A DNA stretch of 64,000 nt from Candidatus Neptunichlamydia sp. (lineage in GTDB: Bacteria; Chlamydiota; Chlamydiia; Chlamydiales; Simkaniaceae), in the NCBI GenBank assembly GCA_965233865.1, contig OZ247587.1:96001-160000 (forward strand). The letters are read 5' to 3'. The notes beneath the pieces were generated by a model. That model saw only the letters and a program-made list of their open reading frames with translations. It did no database searches and was not told the DNA's origin. The position numbers and the translations under genes were made by a program. Shown one piece after another: positions 39,793 through 50,595 of the stretch. How positions within the stretch are numbered: the stretch's first letter is position 1; every line of letters begins with the position of its first letter.

Positions 39793-40892
39793 TAGGCAGG
39801 TGCAAGACGCATCGGCATAATCACAAAGTTTGCAGTCGTCGAATCTGTAATCAGCCCAGGGTTGTGGGGGTTAGTGATCGCAAAATTTACTGTTTCATCC
39901 TTGCAGTGGCGTAGGATGTCATGAAAGAAAAAAGGGTTGAAAGCGATATCAAAGGCCTCTTCTGAATAATCAACAGGCATTGAAACCTTTCCATCACCGA
40001 TTTCGCTAGAAGTTGCAGTCAGAGTGAGTTCACCAGGAGAAAGGGAAAATTGGACAGAGTGGCTTTTGTCTGTTGTAAAAAGAGCGACTTGTTTGAGAAG
40101 AGTCATGAGCTCTTCGCGGTGGAGCGTTAGTTTGTGAGTGCTTTCTTTTGGGATAACCCTTTCAATATTAGGGTAGTCTCCAGAAAGAAGTTTTGTAATC
40201 ATCACGGTAGGGCCCGATTCGATCCCAATTTTATCGTTCATAAGGCTTACTTTAACGGCTTCATCCCCATCAATTGATTTCACAATTTCTTCAACAGCTT
40301 TCAAGGGGATTAGATAGCTATTTTTATGTTCTGGATTGACATCAACAAAGGTATTGACTCTTGCGAGCCGTTTTCCATCGGTTCCTATAAAAGTGGCATT
40401 GCTGTTTTCTATCACCATCAAGACTCCATTGAGCACATGACGGCTGTCTTCACGAGCCGCGGCAAAGACTGACTTCGATAGCATCTCTTTAAACGCATCA
40501 GGGGCCATCTCAAAATGATCACCTTGATTTAAGTCAGGAAAAGAGGGGAATTCACTGCTGTTGATTCCATTAAGGCGGAATTGTGACGTGCCTGCTTGCA
40601 CATAAGCAATCTCGTCTGCGTTAGCTGAAATCTCAATTTCAGGAGCTGTAAGCTCTCGAATGAGTTGGAAAAATCGACGAGCAGGAAGGGTGATTGTCCC
40701 CTCTTCAAAAATGCTAGCTTCTATTTGAGCTCTCATGCTTACGGTTAAGTCGGTGGCGCTAATTGTTAGGATTCCATTTTTTGCTTCAATTAAAACATTT
40801 GCAAGGATTGGTATCGCCGGCTTGCTAGAAACAACGCTTTGAATTTTTCCAATGAGATTAGCCAGTTCAGGCCGAGAGATAGTGACTTTCAT
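39792..40892 (-). CDS. dnaN: DNA polymerase III beta clamp
   Basis: IPILANVL, ATDL, SRHVLNG, TDGKRL, VIMPMRL. Confidence 0.97.
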   Translation of the reverse strand: MKVTISRPELANLIGKIQSVVSSKPAIPILANVLIEAKNGILTISATDLTVSMRAQIEASIFEEGTITLPARRFFQLIRELTAPEIEISANADEIAYVQAGTSQFRLNGINSSEFPSFPDLNQGDHFEMAPDAFKEMLSKSVFAAAREDSRHVLNGVLMVIENSNATFIGTDGKRLARVNTFVDVNPEHKNSYLIPLKAVEEIVKSIDGDEAVKVSLMNDKIGIESGPTVMITKLLSGDYPNIERVIPKESTHKLTLHREELMTLLKQVALFTTDKSHSVQFSLSPGELTLTATSSEIGDGKVSMPVDYSEEAFDIAFNPFFFHDILRHCKDETVNFAITNPHNPGLITDSTTANFVIMPMRLAPA

Positions 40893-40941
40893 AGGTCCTC
40901 TAGATTAATTTCCCCTAGAGTAAGAAATAGGGGATGGGTTG

Positions 40942-41397
40942 TCAACTTTTTAACGCCCGTTCCATCGATCTTTTGTGTTCTCGCTCTTTAATTGAGGAGC
41001 GTTTATCGTGCTGCTTCTTGCCGCGGGCAATGGCAATTTTCACCTTAGCTCTACCCCGTTTAAGATAGATGGCAAGGGGAATAATCGTGAGTCCTTTCTC
41101 TTGAATCGAGCGTTTTAGCTTTTCGATTTCCTTTTTGTGAAGGAGGAGTTTTCGATCCCGCTTCTCTTCATGGTTGTGAATATTACCGAAGGAATAAGGA
41201 GCAATGCTGCAGCCCTTAAGCCATGCCTCCATCTTATCAATGATCACATAAGCTTCTTGGAGAGATCCTCCATGATCTCTCAGAGATTTGATTTCAGTCC
41301 CCTGAAGAGACATTCCGGCCTCAAAGGTTTCTAAAATCTCATAATCGTAACGAGCTCGCCGATTCGAAACTAATTCAGATTCACTCTTCTTGTTCAT
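40942..41397 (-). CDS. smpB: SsrA-binding protein
   Basis: [39 protein letters not shown]. Confidence 0.97.
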   Translation of the reverse strand: MNKKSESELVSNRRARYDYEILETFEAGMSLQGTEIKSLRDHGGSLQEAYVIIDKMEAWLKGCSIAPYSFGNIHNHEEKRDRKLLLHKKEIEKLKRSIQEKGLTIIPLAIYLKRGRAKVKIAIARGKKQHDKRSSIKEREHKRSMERALKS

Positions 41398-41447
41398 CCC
41401 TCACATTCTCCCAAGAAAACCCATTGCCATCAAGGAAAATCTTCTTC

Positions 41448-41476
41448 TTGTGATTTTGAAGAAACCCTTGTATTAT
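41448..41476 (+). promoter_or_regulatory. possible sigma66/70 promoter
   Basis: TTGTGA-17 nt-TATTAT upstream of 41502. Confidence 0.35.
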
Positions 41477-41501
41477 GCTTCACCTAAACTAAGAGTATGG
41501 A

Positions 41502-41966
41502 ATGAAGAATTTATGGATTGTAGGGCTTGCTCTACTGATGGTTGGTTGTTCAACTGCTACAACCTATCACCTAAAAGATTTTCATGGAGAAGGATACGGG
41601 GATTACCGCCTTTCAGCAGACAGGTTTACCGTCATTTTTCGAGCCAATAAGCACACAGAACCCGAAGATGTTCGAAGATTTGCTCTAAGACGTGCATCGG
41701 AAGTCGCAACCAATTATGGATACAGGTATTTTATCGTTGAGCAGGAAAGAGATTTAACACGCACAAGCACTTTTAAGCCTAAAGAAAAGTGGGTTAGCTC
41801 TTTTGTAGATTTGCTAGAAGGAACAGAAAATCCGCAAAAAAAGATTATCGAGAGAGAAAGAGAGGTTCCAAGTCCCGCAATGGAATTTATGATTCGCTGC
41901 TATAATGAGAAGCCAAAGCAAGAGGTTATTGATGCGTATCAGTTCCTTGCTTACCAGGCTTCTTAA
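41502..41966 (+). CDS. hypothetical lipoprotein
   Basis: Lipobox MVGC; GYGD..L..DRF.VIFRAN...FALRRASEV...GYRYF. Confidence 0.75.
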   Translation: MKNLWIVGLALLMVGCSTATTYHLKDFHGEGYGDYRLSADRFTVIFRANKHTEPEDVRRFALRRASEVATNYGYRYFIVEQERDLTRTSTFKPKEKWVSSFVDLLEGTENPQKKIIEREREVPSPAMEFMIRCYNEKPKQEVIDAYQFLAYQAS

Positions 41967-42630
41967 GAAAACCGTAAACAAAAAATAGAATAATTCCGCA
42001 CCAGAAAATAGGCTCTGTCCATATAGGCAGCCCCTTGACAAGGACGTCTAAAAGAAGCTTTAAGCCAATCCATCCCACAATGAGATGAGCTCCTATTTCT
42101 AGACGGGGATACTTGTCGATGAAATCGGTGAAGATACGCGCAGCAAAGCGCATTAAAATCAGTCCTGATATCCCCCCAACATATACGATCCAGATCTTTG
42201 GTGGAAATTCGTGGTGTTGGGAGGATATTCCGATCAAGGCAAGCCCCGCCAATATAGAGTCGACTGCAAAGATAAAATCAGTAAATTCAACCATGACAAC
42301 AGTGCCCCAAAAGCTTCTCTGCTTGGGAGCTCGCATTCCAGTACGGTGTCTTGAGAGAATGTGCGATAATGCTAAATAGATCAAATAGGCACCCCCAACA
42401 AGCTGCACCCAATATAGCTGAATGAGATAGGCCGCACTCAAGACACTAATAGCCCTTAGAACAACCGCTGAAACTAGGCCGATAAACAGTGCTTTTTGGC
42501 GAAGCTGGTGAGGAAGCCCTCTGACAATAATAGCAATGGCTAGGGCATTATCAAGAGAGAGAATCCCTTCTAAGAAAATCAAGGTAATGAGGCGAGGAAT
42601 ATCAACGAGTGAAAAGGTTTGATCTAACAT
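41926..42630 (-). CDS. TerC family membrane protein
   Basis: LEGILSLDNAL, GGAYLIYL, DFIFAVDSILA. Confidence 0.92.
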   Translation of the reverse strand: MLDQTFSLVDIPRLITLIFLEGILSLDNALAIAIIVRGLPHQLRQKALFIGLVSAVVLRAISVLSAAYLIQLYWVQLVGGAYLIYLALSHILSRHRTGMRAPKQRSFWGTVVMVEFTDFIFAVDSILAGLALIGISSQHHEFPPKIWIVYVGGISGLILMRFAARIFTDFIDKYPRLEIGAHLIVGWIGLKLLLDVLVKGLPIWTEPIFWCGIILFFVYGFLKKPGKQGTDTHQ

Positions 42631-42757
42631 ATTTTTTATTTAACACATTTAGTGTTTAGTTTCTAATACAGGGCAAAAAATTTATGGAAAAGTATGATAA
42701 ATTACCATGATTTCAGCTCAAAAATTAGGATTATCAACTTTTTAGGTAAACACTCTC

Positions 42758-43492
42758 TTATTTTTTGCGGATAGTGTTTATGAAAAAGCGCGCGGCATGC
42801 TTCCAGCGAGAAAGGATGCCAAAGGGGAAATGGGGAAATAGAAGGTCATCAGCATTGATTCGATAGAGGAGTTGATTGGTGTTTTTCCATGAGATGTTGT
42901 GCGCATTTCCGATGCGAAAGATGTATTTGTAGTGTTTTTTGGCAAGGGTCTGCGCTTTTTGGCTGAAGAGCCCAAAAGGATAGACGAATGAGCTAATGGG
43001 GATGGAGAGTTTTTCCTCAAGGAGTTTTTTGGATAGAAAAAGCTCATTTTCAAGGTCTATGTGTTTTGAGGTAAGAGGGTGGTGATGAAGAGAGTGGGAA
43101 GCGATTTGAATAAGTGGGGATTGAGAGAGAATTTGGAGTTCTTTCCACGTGCAAAATGCGGGTGAAGGAATAGAGGGCGCTTTATCAGGGAAGGTCACGA
43201 CTTTTTCGAGGCGCTTTTGAGAGGTCAAGTCAGTGCTTTCAGGAATATAGGCAGTGGGAACGGCAAGAAGCGCTTTAAGATTATATTTTTGGAGAAGGGG
43301 GAAAATGAGATGATAGAAATCAAAAAATGCATCGTCAAAGGTAAGGCAGACGGAAGTTCCTTTGGGAAGGGGCTCACCAGGCAGTAGAGTGGGGAAATGA
43401 GCCGCGATATAGGCAAAATTCTGCTCAAGAGTTTCGAGGGAGTTGGCATACCTGCCACTACCAATCTTGTGATACAGGGGTGCGATTAGCAT
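42758..43492 (-). CDS. polysaccharide deacetylase family protein
   Basis: LYH, CLTFDD, IASHS..H, FVYPFG (NodB-like). Confidence 0.88.
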   Translation of the reverse strand: MLIAPLYHKIGSGRYANSLETLEQNFAYIAAHFPTLLPGEPLPKGTSVCLTFDDAFFDFYHLIFPLLQKYNLKALLAVPTAYIPESTDLTSQKRLEKVVTFPDKAPSIPSPAFCTWKELQILSQSPLIQIASHSLHHHPLTSKHIDLENELFLSKKLLEEKLSIPISSFVYPFGLFSQKAQTLAKKHYKYIFRIGNAHNISWKNTNQLLYRINADDLLFPHFPFGILSRWKHAARFFINTIRKK

Positions 43493-44213
43493 AGGCAAGC
43501 TTGAGGTATTTATAAAAGGAAGTTTGAGAGTTATAGAGCGAGATAACGTAGCCTTCTTGGCCTCCAAGAAAACCTCGTTTAAAGATATAGGATTTAATAA
43601 AGGCAAAGCCTCCGTGGAAAAGAGCAGTTAGCATCGAGGAACGCTTTTTATAGGCATACTGCTGAGCAAAGAGGGTAGTATAGTTTTCCATCTTCTGAAG
43701 GAAGTCCGAGATTGAGCGGTAGGAGTAGTGCTTTACCGGAGAGGTTAGGCGCACTTCCTGAAGGGATTTGGTCTGGATCCGTTCATGCACTTGATCGTCT
43801 GTAAAGGAAGTCACTGATCTATTGTAAAGTCGGGTGTGTCGGTCCGGATACCAGCCGCACCATTTGACGTGCCGTCCATTGAAATAGTTGTTGAAGGGGA
43901 AAGAATAGACTTTTTGAGAGTTAAGGGGCAGTGCTAAGATTTCATCGGCAAGCTCAGAAGTAAGAACCTCGTCACTATCAAGGGAAAGAATCCAATCATG
44001 GGTGGCATATTCGGCCGCAAGATTATGCAGAGGCCCGAAGCCAATAAAGGGGGTTTTAAAGATCTTTACATTGGGATGTATTTGAGCAAAATCAAGGGTG
44101 GCATCGGTGGATCCTGTGTCAAGCAAGATCACTTCATCAAACAGAAGAACCGACTCAAGGACCAACCCAATCGTCTCTTCATTATTCTTTGTTAAAATTG
44201 TTACACTAATCAT
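43458..44213 (-). CDS. glycosyltransferase family 2 (WaaE/KdtX-like)
   Basis: ISVTILTKN.E, DTGSTD, WILSLDSDE, GWYPD, VHE. Confidence 0.9.
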   Translation of the reverse strand: MISVTILTKNNEETIGLVLESVLLFDEVILLDTGSTDATLDFAQIHPNVKIFKTPFIGFGPLHNLAAEYATHDWILSLDSDEVLTSELADEILALPLNSQKVYSFPFNNYFNGRHVKWCGWYPDRHTRLYNRSVTSFTDDQVHERIQTKSLQEVRLTSPVKHYSYRSISDFLQKMENYTTLFAQQYAYKKRSSMLTALFHGGFAFIKSYIFKRGFLGGQEGYVISLYNSQTSFYKYLKLAYANRTPVSQDW

Positions 44214-44312
44214 ACATCCAGGATATCATAAAGTGGATTTGCCTGGGAAATCAAAAATTCTTTCTTTTTTAAGGGGGAATTTTTTATAATGAGTTGTTTA
44301 GGAGAATTGCAG

Positions 44313-45332
44313 ATGGCAAAGAATTATAGATTTGATACTGGGTACACATTTGATGATGTGGCTCTTGTTCCTCAATTTAACAACGTTCCCTCAAGGACTG
44401 AACCGATGCTTGAGTCGTGGCTCACGAAGAGTCGGAAGCTCGGAATTCCTATTTTATGTGCCAATATGGATACAACGATTTCTAAGAAACTTGCTGAGAT
44501 ATTGATTCAGAGAGGCTCGATCCCCATTTATCATCGATTCACTAAAGATTTTGAAGCTCAGAAAACATGGGTTAAGAAATTTGGAGAAAAGACGTTTGTT
44601 TCATGTGGAATTGGAAAGGAAAAAATTGCCGAGGTTCGGAAACTTTTTGACATGGGGGCCGCGGGTGTCTGCGTTGATGTGGCGCATGGTCATTCTGAAA
44701 AAATGCTCCACTTCATTGAAGAACTAAAGAAAACACACCCAGACCGCGATGTGATTGCAGGGAATGTCTGCACTCCCATGGCATATCAGGACCTTGTGAA
44801 TGCTGGAGCTGATGGGGTCAAGGTTGGAGTGGGCCCTGGTGCTGCTTGCACAACGCGGGTGATTACAGGGTTTGGTGTGCCACAGTTTACCGCTATTTTT
44901 GAGTGTGCAAAAATTGCAGAAAAGCTCAGAGTTCCGCTGATTGCCGATGGAGGAATCCGTACTAGCAAAGATGTTGTTTTGGCCTTAGCTGCTGGGGCGA
45001 GCTCTGTAATGATAGGAAAGCTCTTTGCTTTGACTGAGGAAAGTGCTGCTGAAAAAAAAGATGGGAAGGCAAAATTTCGTGGGCAAGCAAGCGAAGATTT
45101 TCAAACGGATTTCTATGGGGGATTGAAAGAAAAGACGGTTGCAGAGGGAGTGGGTTTTTTTGGGCCAGTGAGCGGATCGGCAGTAGAGCTTATTGATCTG
45201 CTACTAGGCGGAATTCGAAGTGGATTGACTTATGGAGGGGCTAGAAATATCAAGGAGCTTCAAAGGAAGGCAGAATTTGTCGAAGTAACCCCTGCCTATA
45301 TTCGCGAAAGTTATCCAAGGCCAGGCAATTAA
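44313..45332 (+). CDS. IMPDH/GMP reductase family enzyme without CBS domain (probably GMP reductase-like)
   Basis: [43 protein letters not shown]. Confidence 0.85.
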   Translation: MAKNYRFDTGYTFDDVALVPQFNNVPSRTEPMLESWLTKSRKLGIPILCANMDTTISKKLAEILIQRGSIPIYHRFTKDFEAQKTWVKKFGEKTFVSCGIGKEKIAEVRKLFDMGAAGVCVDVAHGHSEKMLHFIEELKKTHPDRDVIAGNVCTPMAYQDLVNAGADGVKVGVGPGAACTTRVITGFGVPQFTAIFECAKIAEKLRVPLIADGGIRTSKDVVLALAAGASSVMIGKLFALTEESAAEKKDGKAKFRGQASEDFQTDFYGGLKEKTVAEGVGFFGPVSGSAVELIDLLLGGIRSGLTYGGARNIKELQRKAEFVEVTPAYIRESYPRPGN

Positions 45333-46663
45333 TGCATAAAAAATTGGGCGTTTGGATGTTGACGTCTTTAGTTGTTGGAAACATGGTGGGATCGGGAGTC
45401 TTTTTGCTCCCAGCATCTCTTGCGAAGTTTGGAAGTATTACCATTTTTAGCTGGATTGCAACCGCAATTGGAGCAATGCTTCTTGCGTTAGTTTTTGCGA
45501 AGCTCAGTAAAATATTTCCAAAAACAGGAGGGCCGTATATCTATTGCAAAGAAGGGTTTGGGAATTTTATTGGTTTCCAAGTTGCGTATAATTTTTGGAT
45601 TTGCAAATGGGCTGGAAGCGCTGCTATAGCAACAGCACTTACTGGGTATCTGAGTGCGTTCTTTCCTGTATTAGATCATAACAATTTTTATGCTTTTCTC
45701 GTGACCGCTGGATCTGTATGGATATTTACCCTTGTGAACGTCATTGGAGTCCATTTAGCAGGAAGTTTTCAGTTAGTCTTTACGATTATAAAATATATCC
45801 CACTCATTCTTGCTTCTGCCATTGGGATTTTCTATATTGACTTTGGGAATTTAGCGTATTTTAATATCAGTGGAAAGTCGAATTTTAGTGCTCTTTCTAG
45901 TGGATCTATGCTCACTCTGTGGGCATTTTTAGGGCTAGAGTCTGCTTCTATTCCGGCTGATGATGTTGAAAACCCCGAAAAGACCATTCCACGCGCGACG
46001 ATTATTGGGACCAGCCTTTCTGCAGTTGTGTATATCTTGTGTACGATTGCAATTATGGGAGTTGTTCCGATGCATGAGCTCCAGGACTCTGCAGCTCCAT
46101 TTGCTGATTTTGCGAAGAAAATTTTTGGTCCTTGGGGAATGTATGCTATGGGCGCGGTTGCTGTAGTCTCTTGCGCAGGGGCATTAAATGGCTGGATTCT
46201 CGTTCAAGGGCAAATTCCTATGGCTGCGGCAAAGGATCAACTTTTTCCCAGGCGCTTTGGAAAGGTCTCAAAAGGGCGCTCACCGGTTTTTGGACTTGTC
46301 TTTTCATCCATCTTAATTACGTTGCTGCTGACGCTAAACTTTAACAAAAATTTAGTCGATAAATTTACCATTATCATTTCGCTTGCGACTCTTGCAGGAG
46401 TCATTGCCTTCCTCTACACATCAGTAGTAGAGTTTGTCATCTATATTAAGTACCCTGAAAAGGCGCACAAAAAGAAGGTTGCTAAGACCTTAACAATTTC
46501 GGGACTAGCCTTTTTGTATACTTTTTGGGCAATTGCAAGTGCAGGGCAGGAGATTGTATTTTATGGGTCTCTCTTAATGTTTAGTAGCATTCCTATTTAT
46601 GGATGGATGGAATGGCAAAAATATCGAAAATCGATCTTAAAACAAGTGAGCCTCGATGAATAA
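45332..46663 (+). CDS. APC amino acid permease (AdiC/PotE-like)
   Basis: GNMVGSGVFLLP, GGPY, WAFLGLES. Confidence 0.92.
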   Translation: MHKKLGVWMLTSLVVGNMVGSGVFLLPASLAKFGSITIFSWIATAIGAMLLALVFAKLSKIFPKTGGPYIYCKEGFGNFIGFQVAYNFWICKWAGSAAIATALTGYLSAFFPVLDHNNFYAFLVTAGSVWIFTLVNVIGVHLAGSFQLVFTIIKYIPLILASAIGIFYIDFGNLAYFNISGKSNFSALSSGSMLTLWAFLGLESASIPADDVENPEKTIPRATIIGTSLSAVVYILCTIAIMGVVPMHELQDSAAPFADFAKKIFGPWGMYAMGAVAVVSCAGALNGWILVQGQIPMAAAKDQLFPRRFGKVSKGRSPVFGLVFSSILITLLLTLNFNKNLVDKFTIIISLATLAGVIAFLYTSVVEFVIYIKYPEKAHKKKVAKTLTISGLAFLYTFWAIASAGQEIVFYGSLLMFSSIPIYGWMEWQKYRKSILKQVSLDE

Positions 46664-47969
46664 GAAGTTAGGGGTATGGATGTTGACGGCCTTGGTCGTC
46701 GGAAATATGATCGGATCCGGAGTATTTCTGCTCCCAGCATCACTCGCTAGCTTTGGAAGTATTACAGTCTTTAGCTGGTGCGCGACAGCGGTTGGAGCAA
46801 TGCTGCTGGCGTTGGTTTTTGCGAAGTTGAGCACCCTCTTTCCTAAGACAGGAGGCCCTTATATCTACTGCAAAGAGGGGTTCGGGAATTTTATCGGTTT
46901 TCAGGTAGCCTATAACTACTGGATATATATGTGGGTAGGCAATGCCGCGATTGCTGTGGCATTTACAGGGTACTTAAGCACATTTTTCCCAGAGATAATC
47001 CATAGTAGTGTGTATGCATTTTTTATTGCTGCTGGAGTAGTTTGGTTTTTTACAATTGTAAATATTATTGGGGTTCATCTAGCAGGGAAGTTTCAGCTTG
47101 TTTTAACAGTTCTAAAGTTTGTTCCTCTTATTTTGATTGCTGTAATAGGGGTTTTCTTTGTGGATACTACAAACTTGGCTTACTTTAATGTGAGTGGGAA
47201 ATCAAATTTTAGTGCTCTATCAGGTGGAGCTATGCTCACTCTGTGGGCATTTTTAGGAATGGAATCTGCATCGATTCCTGCCGATGATGTCAAAGACCCA
47301 AAGAAAACGATTCCGAAGGCAACAATACTCGGAACCGCTATAACGGCTGTTGTTTACATCTTAAGTACGGTGGCGATTATGGGCGTTATCCCTATGCCGC
47401 AGCTGAAAGATTCTACAGCTCCATTTGCAGATTTAGCGGGAAAAATTTTTGGACCTTGGGGAAGGTATGTAATGGGTGCGGCAGCTGTTATTTCATGTGC
47501 AGGCGCTTTGAATGGTTGGATTTTCCTTCAAGGGCAGATTCCTCTGGCAGCAGCAAAAGATAAGCTATTCCCTAAGCCGTTTGCAAAAGTTTCTAGATCC
47601 CGCTCGCCAGTTTTTGGAATTGTTACTTCTTCAATCCTGATCACATTGATTCTTCTTTTAAATTTTAACAAAGGGCTAGTCGACCAGTTTACATTTATCA
47701 TCTCTTTGGCAACATTGGCCGCGATTACTGCATACCTATATACTTCTGTTGCTGAATTTGTTGTTTATATTAAGTATCCCAACAAAATGGATAGAAAGAA
47801 GGTTATAAAATCCCTATCAATTTCTGCTTTGGCTTTTATTTACACCTTTTGGGCAACTGTTAGTGCTGGACAGGAGATTGTATTTTATGGATCTTTATTG
47901 ATGTTTACGAGCATCCCGATCTATGGTTGGATGGAGTGGCAAAAATATCGAAAAAAATATTGTAAGTAA
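46656..47969 (+). CDS. APC amino acid permease (AdiC/PotE-like), tandem paralog
   Basis: GNMIGSGVFLLP, WAFLGMES; colinear with the upstream copy. Confidence 0.92.
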   Translation: MNKKLGVWMLTALVVGNMIGSGVFLLPASLASFGSITVFSWCATAVGAMLLALVFAKLSTLFPKTGGPYIYCKEGFGNFIGFQVAYNYWIYMWVGNAAIAVAFTGYLSTFFPEIIHSSVYAFFIAAGVVWFFTIVNIIGVHLAGKFQLVLTVLKFVPLILIAVIGVFFVDTTNLAYFNVSGKSNFSALSGGAMLTLWAFLGMESASIPADDVKDPKKTIPKATILGTAITAVVYILSTVAIMGVIPMPQLKDSTAPFADLAGKIFGPWGRYVMGAAAVISCAGALNGWIFLQGQIPLAAAKDKLFPKPFAKVSRSRSPVFGIVTSSILITLILLLNFNKGLVDQFTFIISLATLAAITAYLYTSVAEFVVYIKYPNKMDRKKVIKSLSISALAFIYTFWATVSAGQEIVFYGSLLMFTSIPIYGWMEWQKYRKKYCK

Positions 47970-47971
47970 GA

Positions 47972-49240
47972 ATGGGCACAGTTAAGAAAATTTACGATTC
48001 TGTACACCGCTTTATCCATGTTGATGGACTAGAGAGCGATTTGATTAATTCGAGACCTTTTCAACGTCTTCACTATATCCATCAGCTAGGGGTAACCTAT
48101 TTTGTTTATCCTGGGGGAACCCATCGCCGTTTTGAGCATTCTTTAGGGGTAATGGAACTTGCTACGAGAATCTATGATGAAATCACTTCTGGGAATCTTC
48201 CAGAGAAACTGAAAGAATTAATTCCTCGCTTTGCTTCTAATGAGTATCGGTACTGGAGACGTGTGTTAAGGCTTGCTGCCCTTTGCCACGATTTGGGCCA
48301 CCTTCCCTTTAGCCACGTGGCGGAACATCGACTCCTTGGAAAAGGGGGACATGAAATTTGGACACAGAAAATCATGGAGAGTGAGTTTTTATCTCCAATA
48401 TGGGAGCGATTTGCGAAAGAATCACTTGAAGATGGAATTTTAAGAAATGTGAAGCTCGATGTGATGAAAGTAGCACTTGGAGAAAAGAAATTTGAAGGGG
48501 CATTCACCCCGTGGGAACGAGTAGTTACTGAGATTGTTACTGGAGATTTCTTTGGAGCTGATCGCATTGACTATCTTCTTAGAGATTCTCAATGCACAGG
48601 ACTTGCTTACGGATTGTTTGATTATCATCAACTGATTGAAATGCTCAAAATGATCGTGACAAATGAAGGGGCTCTTGCTCTAGGAGTTGAAGAAAATGGA
48701 ATTGAGTCTTGTGAAGCGCTTTTACTGGCACGTCATTATATGCATAAGCGTCTTTACCAATACTCAAGCGTTAAGTCCTACTCTTTTCATCTAGCTCGGT
48801 TTATGGAGACAGTCTATTACGACCTAGGAGATGATTTAGAAAGGTATGTCTCGATGACCGACAATGAAGTGCTATCTGACTTAAATAAGGCTTCAAGGGA
48901 TGAAAAACATCCTGGTCATTTTGACGCGAAATGTCTCTATCTTCGCAGATATCGATTCAGAGCAATTGCGCTCAGGATGCCTCCTGGAGAAAAGGATCTT
49001 GCTGAAATTAAGAACAAGTTAGGAATTCCTGATGATGAATTTTCATGGGAGATCAGTAAAAAAGGGAGTCGAAAACTGGGAATGAACTTTCCCGTTTTGA
49101 AAGAAGATGGGACAGTGGAGATTGGAGATAACCTTTCAGAAATTTCAGTACCTCCTAAGGAGCGAAGTTGGGTTTACGTAGCCCCATGTTTTGAAGAAGA
49201 GGTTCGTAAAATGCTTAACCATGTGGATGTGCTCAGATGA
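47972..49240 (+). CDS. HD-domain phosphohydrolase (SAMHD1/dNTPase-like)
   Basis: FQRL..I.QLG, H.RFEHSLG, HDLGHLPFSH, DRIDYLLRD. Confidence 0.9.
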   Translation: MGTVKKIYDSVHRFIHVDGLESDLINSRPFQRLHYIHQLGVTYFVYPGGTHRRFEHSLGVMELATRIYDEITSGNLPEKLKELIPRFASNEYRYWRRVLRLAALCHDLGHLPFSHVAEHRLLGKGGHEIWTQKIMESEFLSPIWERFAKESLEDGILRNVKLDVMKVALGEKKFEGAFTPWERVVTEIVTGDFFGADRIDYLLRDSQCTGLAYGLFDYHQLIEMLKMIVTNEGALALGVEENGIESCEALLLARHYMHKRLYQYSSVKSYSFHLARFMETVYYDLGDDLERYVSMTDNEVLSDLNKASRDEKHPGHFDAKCLYLRRYRFRAIALRMPPGEKDLAEIKNKLGIPDDEFSWEISKKGSRKLGMNFPVLKEDGTVEIGDNLSEISVPPKERSWVYVAPCFEEEVRKMLNHVDVLR

Positions 49241-50538
49241 AAAGGTGGTGTGTTTTTGGGTTTTTTGTACTATTAATGTCAATTGGATTTGCTGACGACT
49301 GCAGCGCTCCCCCTATTCCGATTCCAGAAGCGTCGCCAAAGGCTATGGCCTTTTATGCAAGTGGAAATATTTTGTGGGTTGTGCAACTTATCTGGTCGCT
49401 CGCGGTTCCGGCTCTTATTGTCTTTACTAAATTTGGTGTAAAACTTCGAGTCTTCTGTGAAAGAATTACTGGAGTTTGGCTTTGGCAAACAGCGCTTTAT
49501 GCTTTCTTTTTCTTGTTGATTGTTGCCATCCTTTCTCTTCCATTGGACTTTTATGGAGGATATGTTCGACCTCATGCTTATGATCTTTCAAATCAAACAA
49601 TTGCTAGATGGCTTGATCATTATCTGACAGGAACAGCAATTTCTATGGTGCTGGGGATCGTCCTCGTTTGGATTGTATATGGAGTCATCAGAAAGAGCCC
49701 GAGGCGATGGTGGCTCTGTTTTGGACTTTTGAATTTTCCACTAGCGGTTTTGTTGGTTTTTGTTCAACCAATTTGGATTGCCGCTCTTTTTAATACGTTT
49801 GGACCTATGGAGGACAAACAGTTAGAGCAAAAAATCCTCCAGCTTGCTAACAGGGCTGGAATTGAAGGAGGGAGTGTCTATGAAGTGGACATGAGCGCTG
49901 ATACAAAGCAGGTCAATGCTTATGTGACAGGGATTGGCTCTAGCAAGCGTATCGTGATTTGGGATACTGCAATTAATGAACTCACTACAGATGAGCTCTT
50001 ATTTGTTATGGGCCATGAGATGGGTCACTATGTTCTTCATCATATGTGGTGGGGTATCTTGATCTACACGCTCATTATGATTGTGGGATTATTTTTAGTC
50101 TATCTTACCGCTGGGATTTTCCTGAAAAAGTGTTCTAAACGAATGGGAATTAGTGAAATAAAGGATGTCGCCTCGCTTCCTCTTCTTACTCTCCTTTATA
50201 CGTTTTATTCATTTCTTCTAACCCCAGTAGGAAACTTTTTTTCAAAATCGATTGAGCATAATGCGGATACCTTTGGCTTAGAGCTTACTCACTTTAATGA
50301 GGCGGCGGGAACGAGTTTTGTGAAGCTTACAAGCACTAACCTTGCAAATCCTTGGCCAGGTCCCTTGTACATGGCCTTTAGGGCATCCCACCCCTCTATC
50401 GGAGCTCGTATCACTTATTTTAATAAGTACAAGCCATGGTGTCACGATGAGCCCCTAGAATACGGAAGATTTTTTAGAACTTTAGTTCCTCTTCCTGGAC
50501 CGCCTCATCTGAGAACTCCATCAGGGGAGCTTCATTAA
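49237..50538 (+). CDS. M48 (Ste24-like) zinc metallopeptidase
   Basis: NAYVTG, HEMGH, EHNAD, SHP. Confidence 0.9.
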   Translation: MKRWCVFGFFVLLMSIGFADDCSAPPIPIPEASPKAMAFYASGNILWVVQLIWSLAVPALIVFTKFGVKLRVFCERITGVWLWQTALYAFFFLLIVAILSLPLDFYGGYVRPHAYDLSNQTIARWLDHYLTGTAISMVLGIVLVWIVYGVIRKSPRRWWLCFGLLNFPLAVLLVFVQPIWIAALFNTFGPMEDKQLEQKILQLANRAGIEGGSVYEVDMSADTKQVNAYVTGIGSSKRIVIWDTAINELTTDELLFVMGHEMGHYVLHHMWWGILIYTLIMIVGLFLVYLTAGIFLKKCSKRMGISEIKDVASLPLLTLLYTFYSFLLTPVGNFFSKSIEHNADTFGLELTHFNEAAGTSFVKLTSTNLANPWPGPLYMAFRASHPSIGARITYFNKYKPWCHDEPLEYGRFFRTLVPLPGPPHLRTPSGELH

Positions 50539-50595
50539 CATGAGGAGATATATGACCATCGCCATTAGATCTTCCTTATGGTATGATTACTTCGT

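Noticed and set aside
38734..41500. oriC near dnaN/recF
   Set aside because: No dnaA gene and no DnaA-box cluster seen
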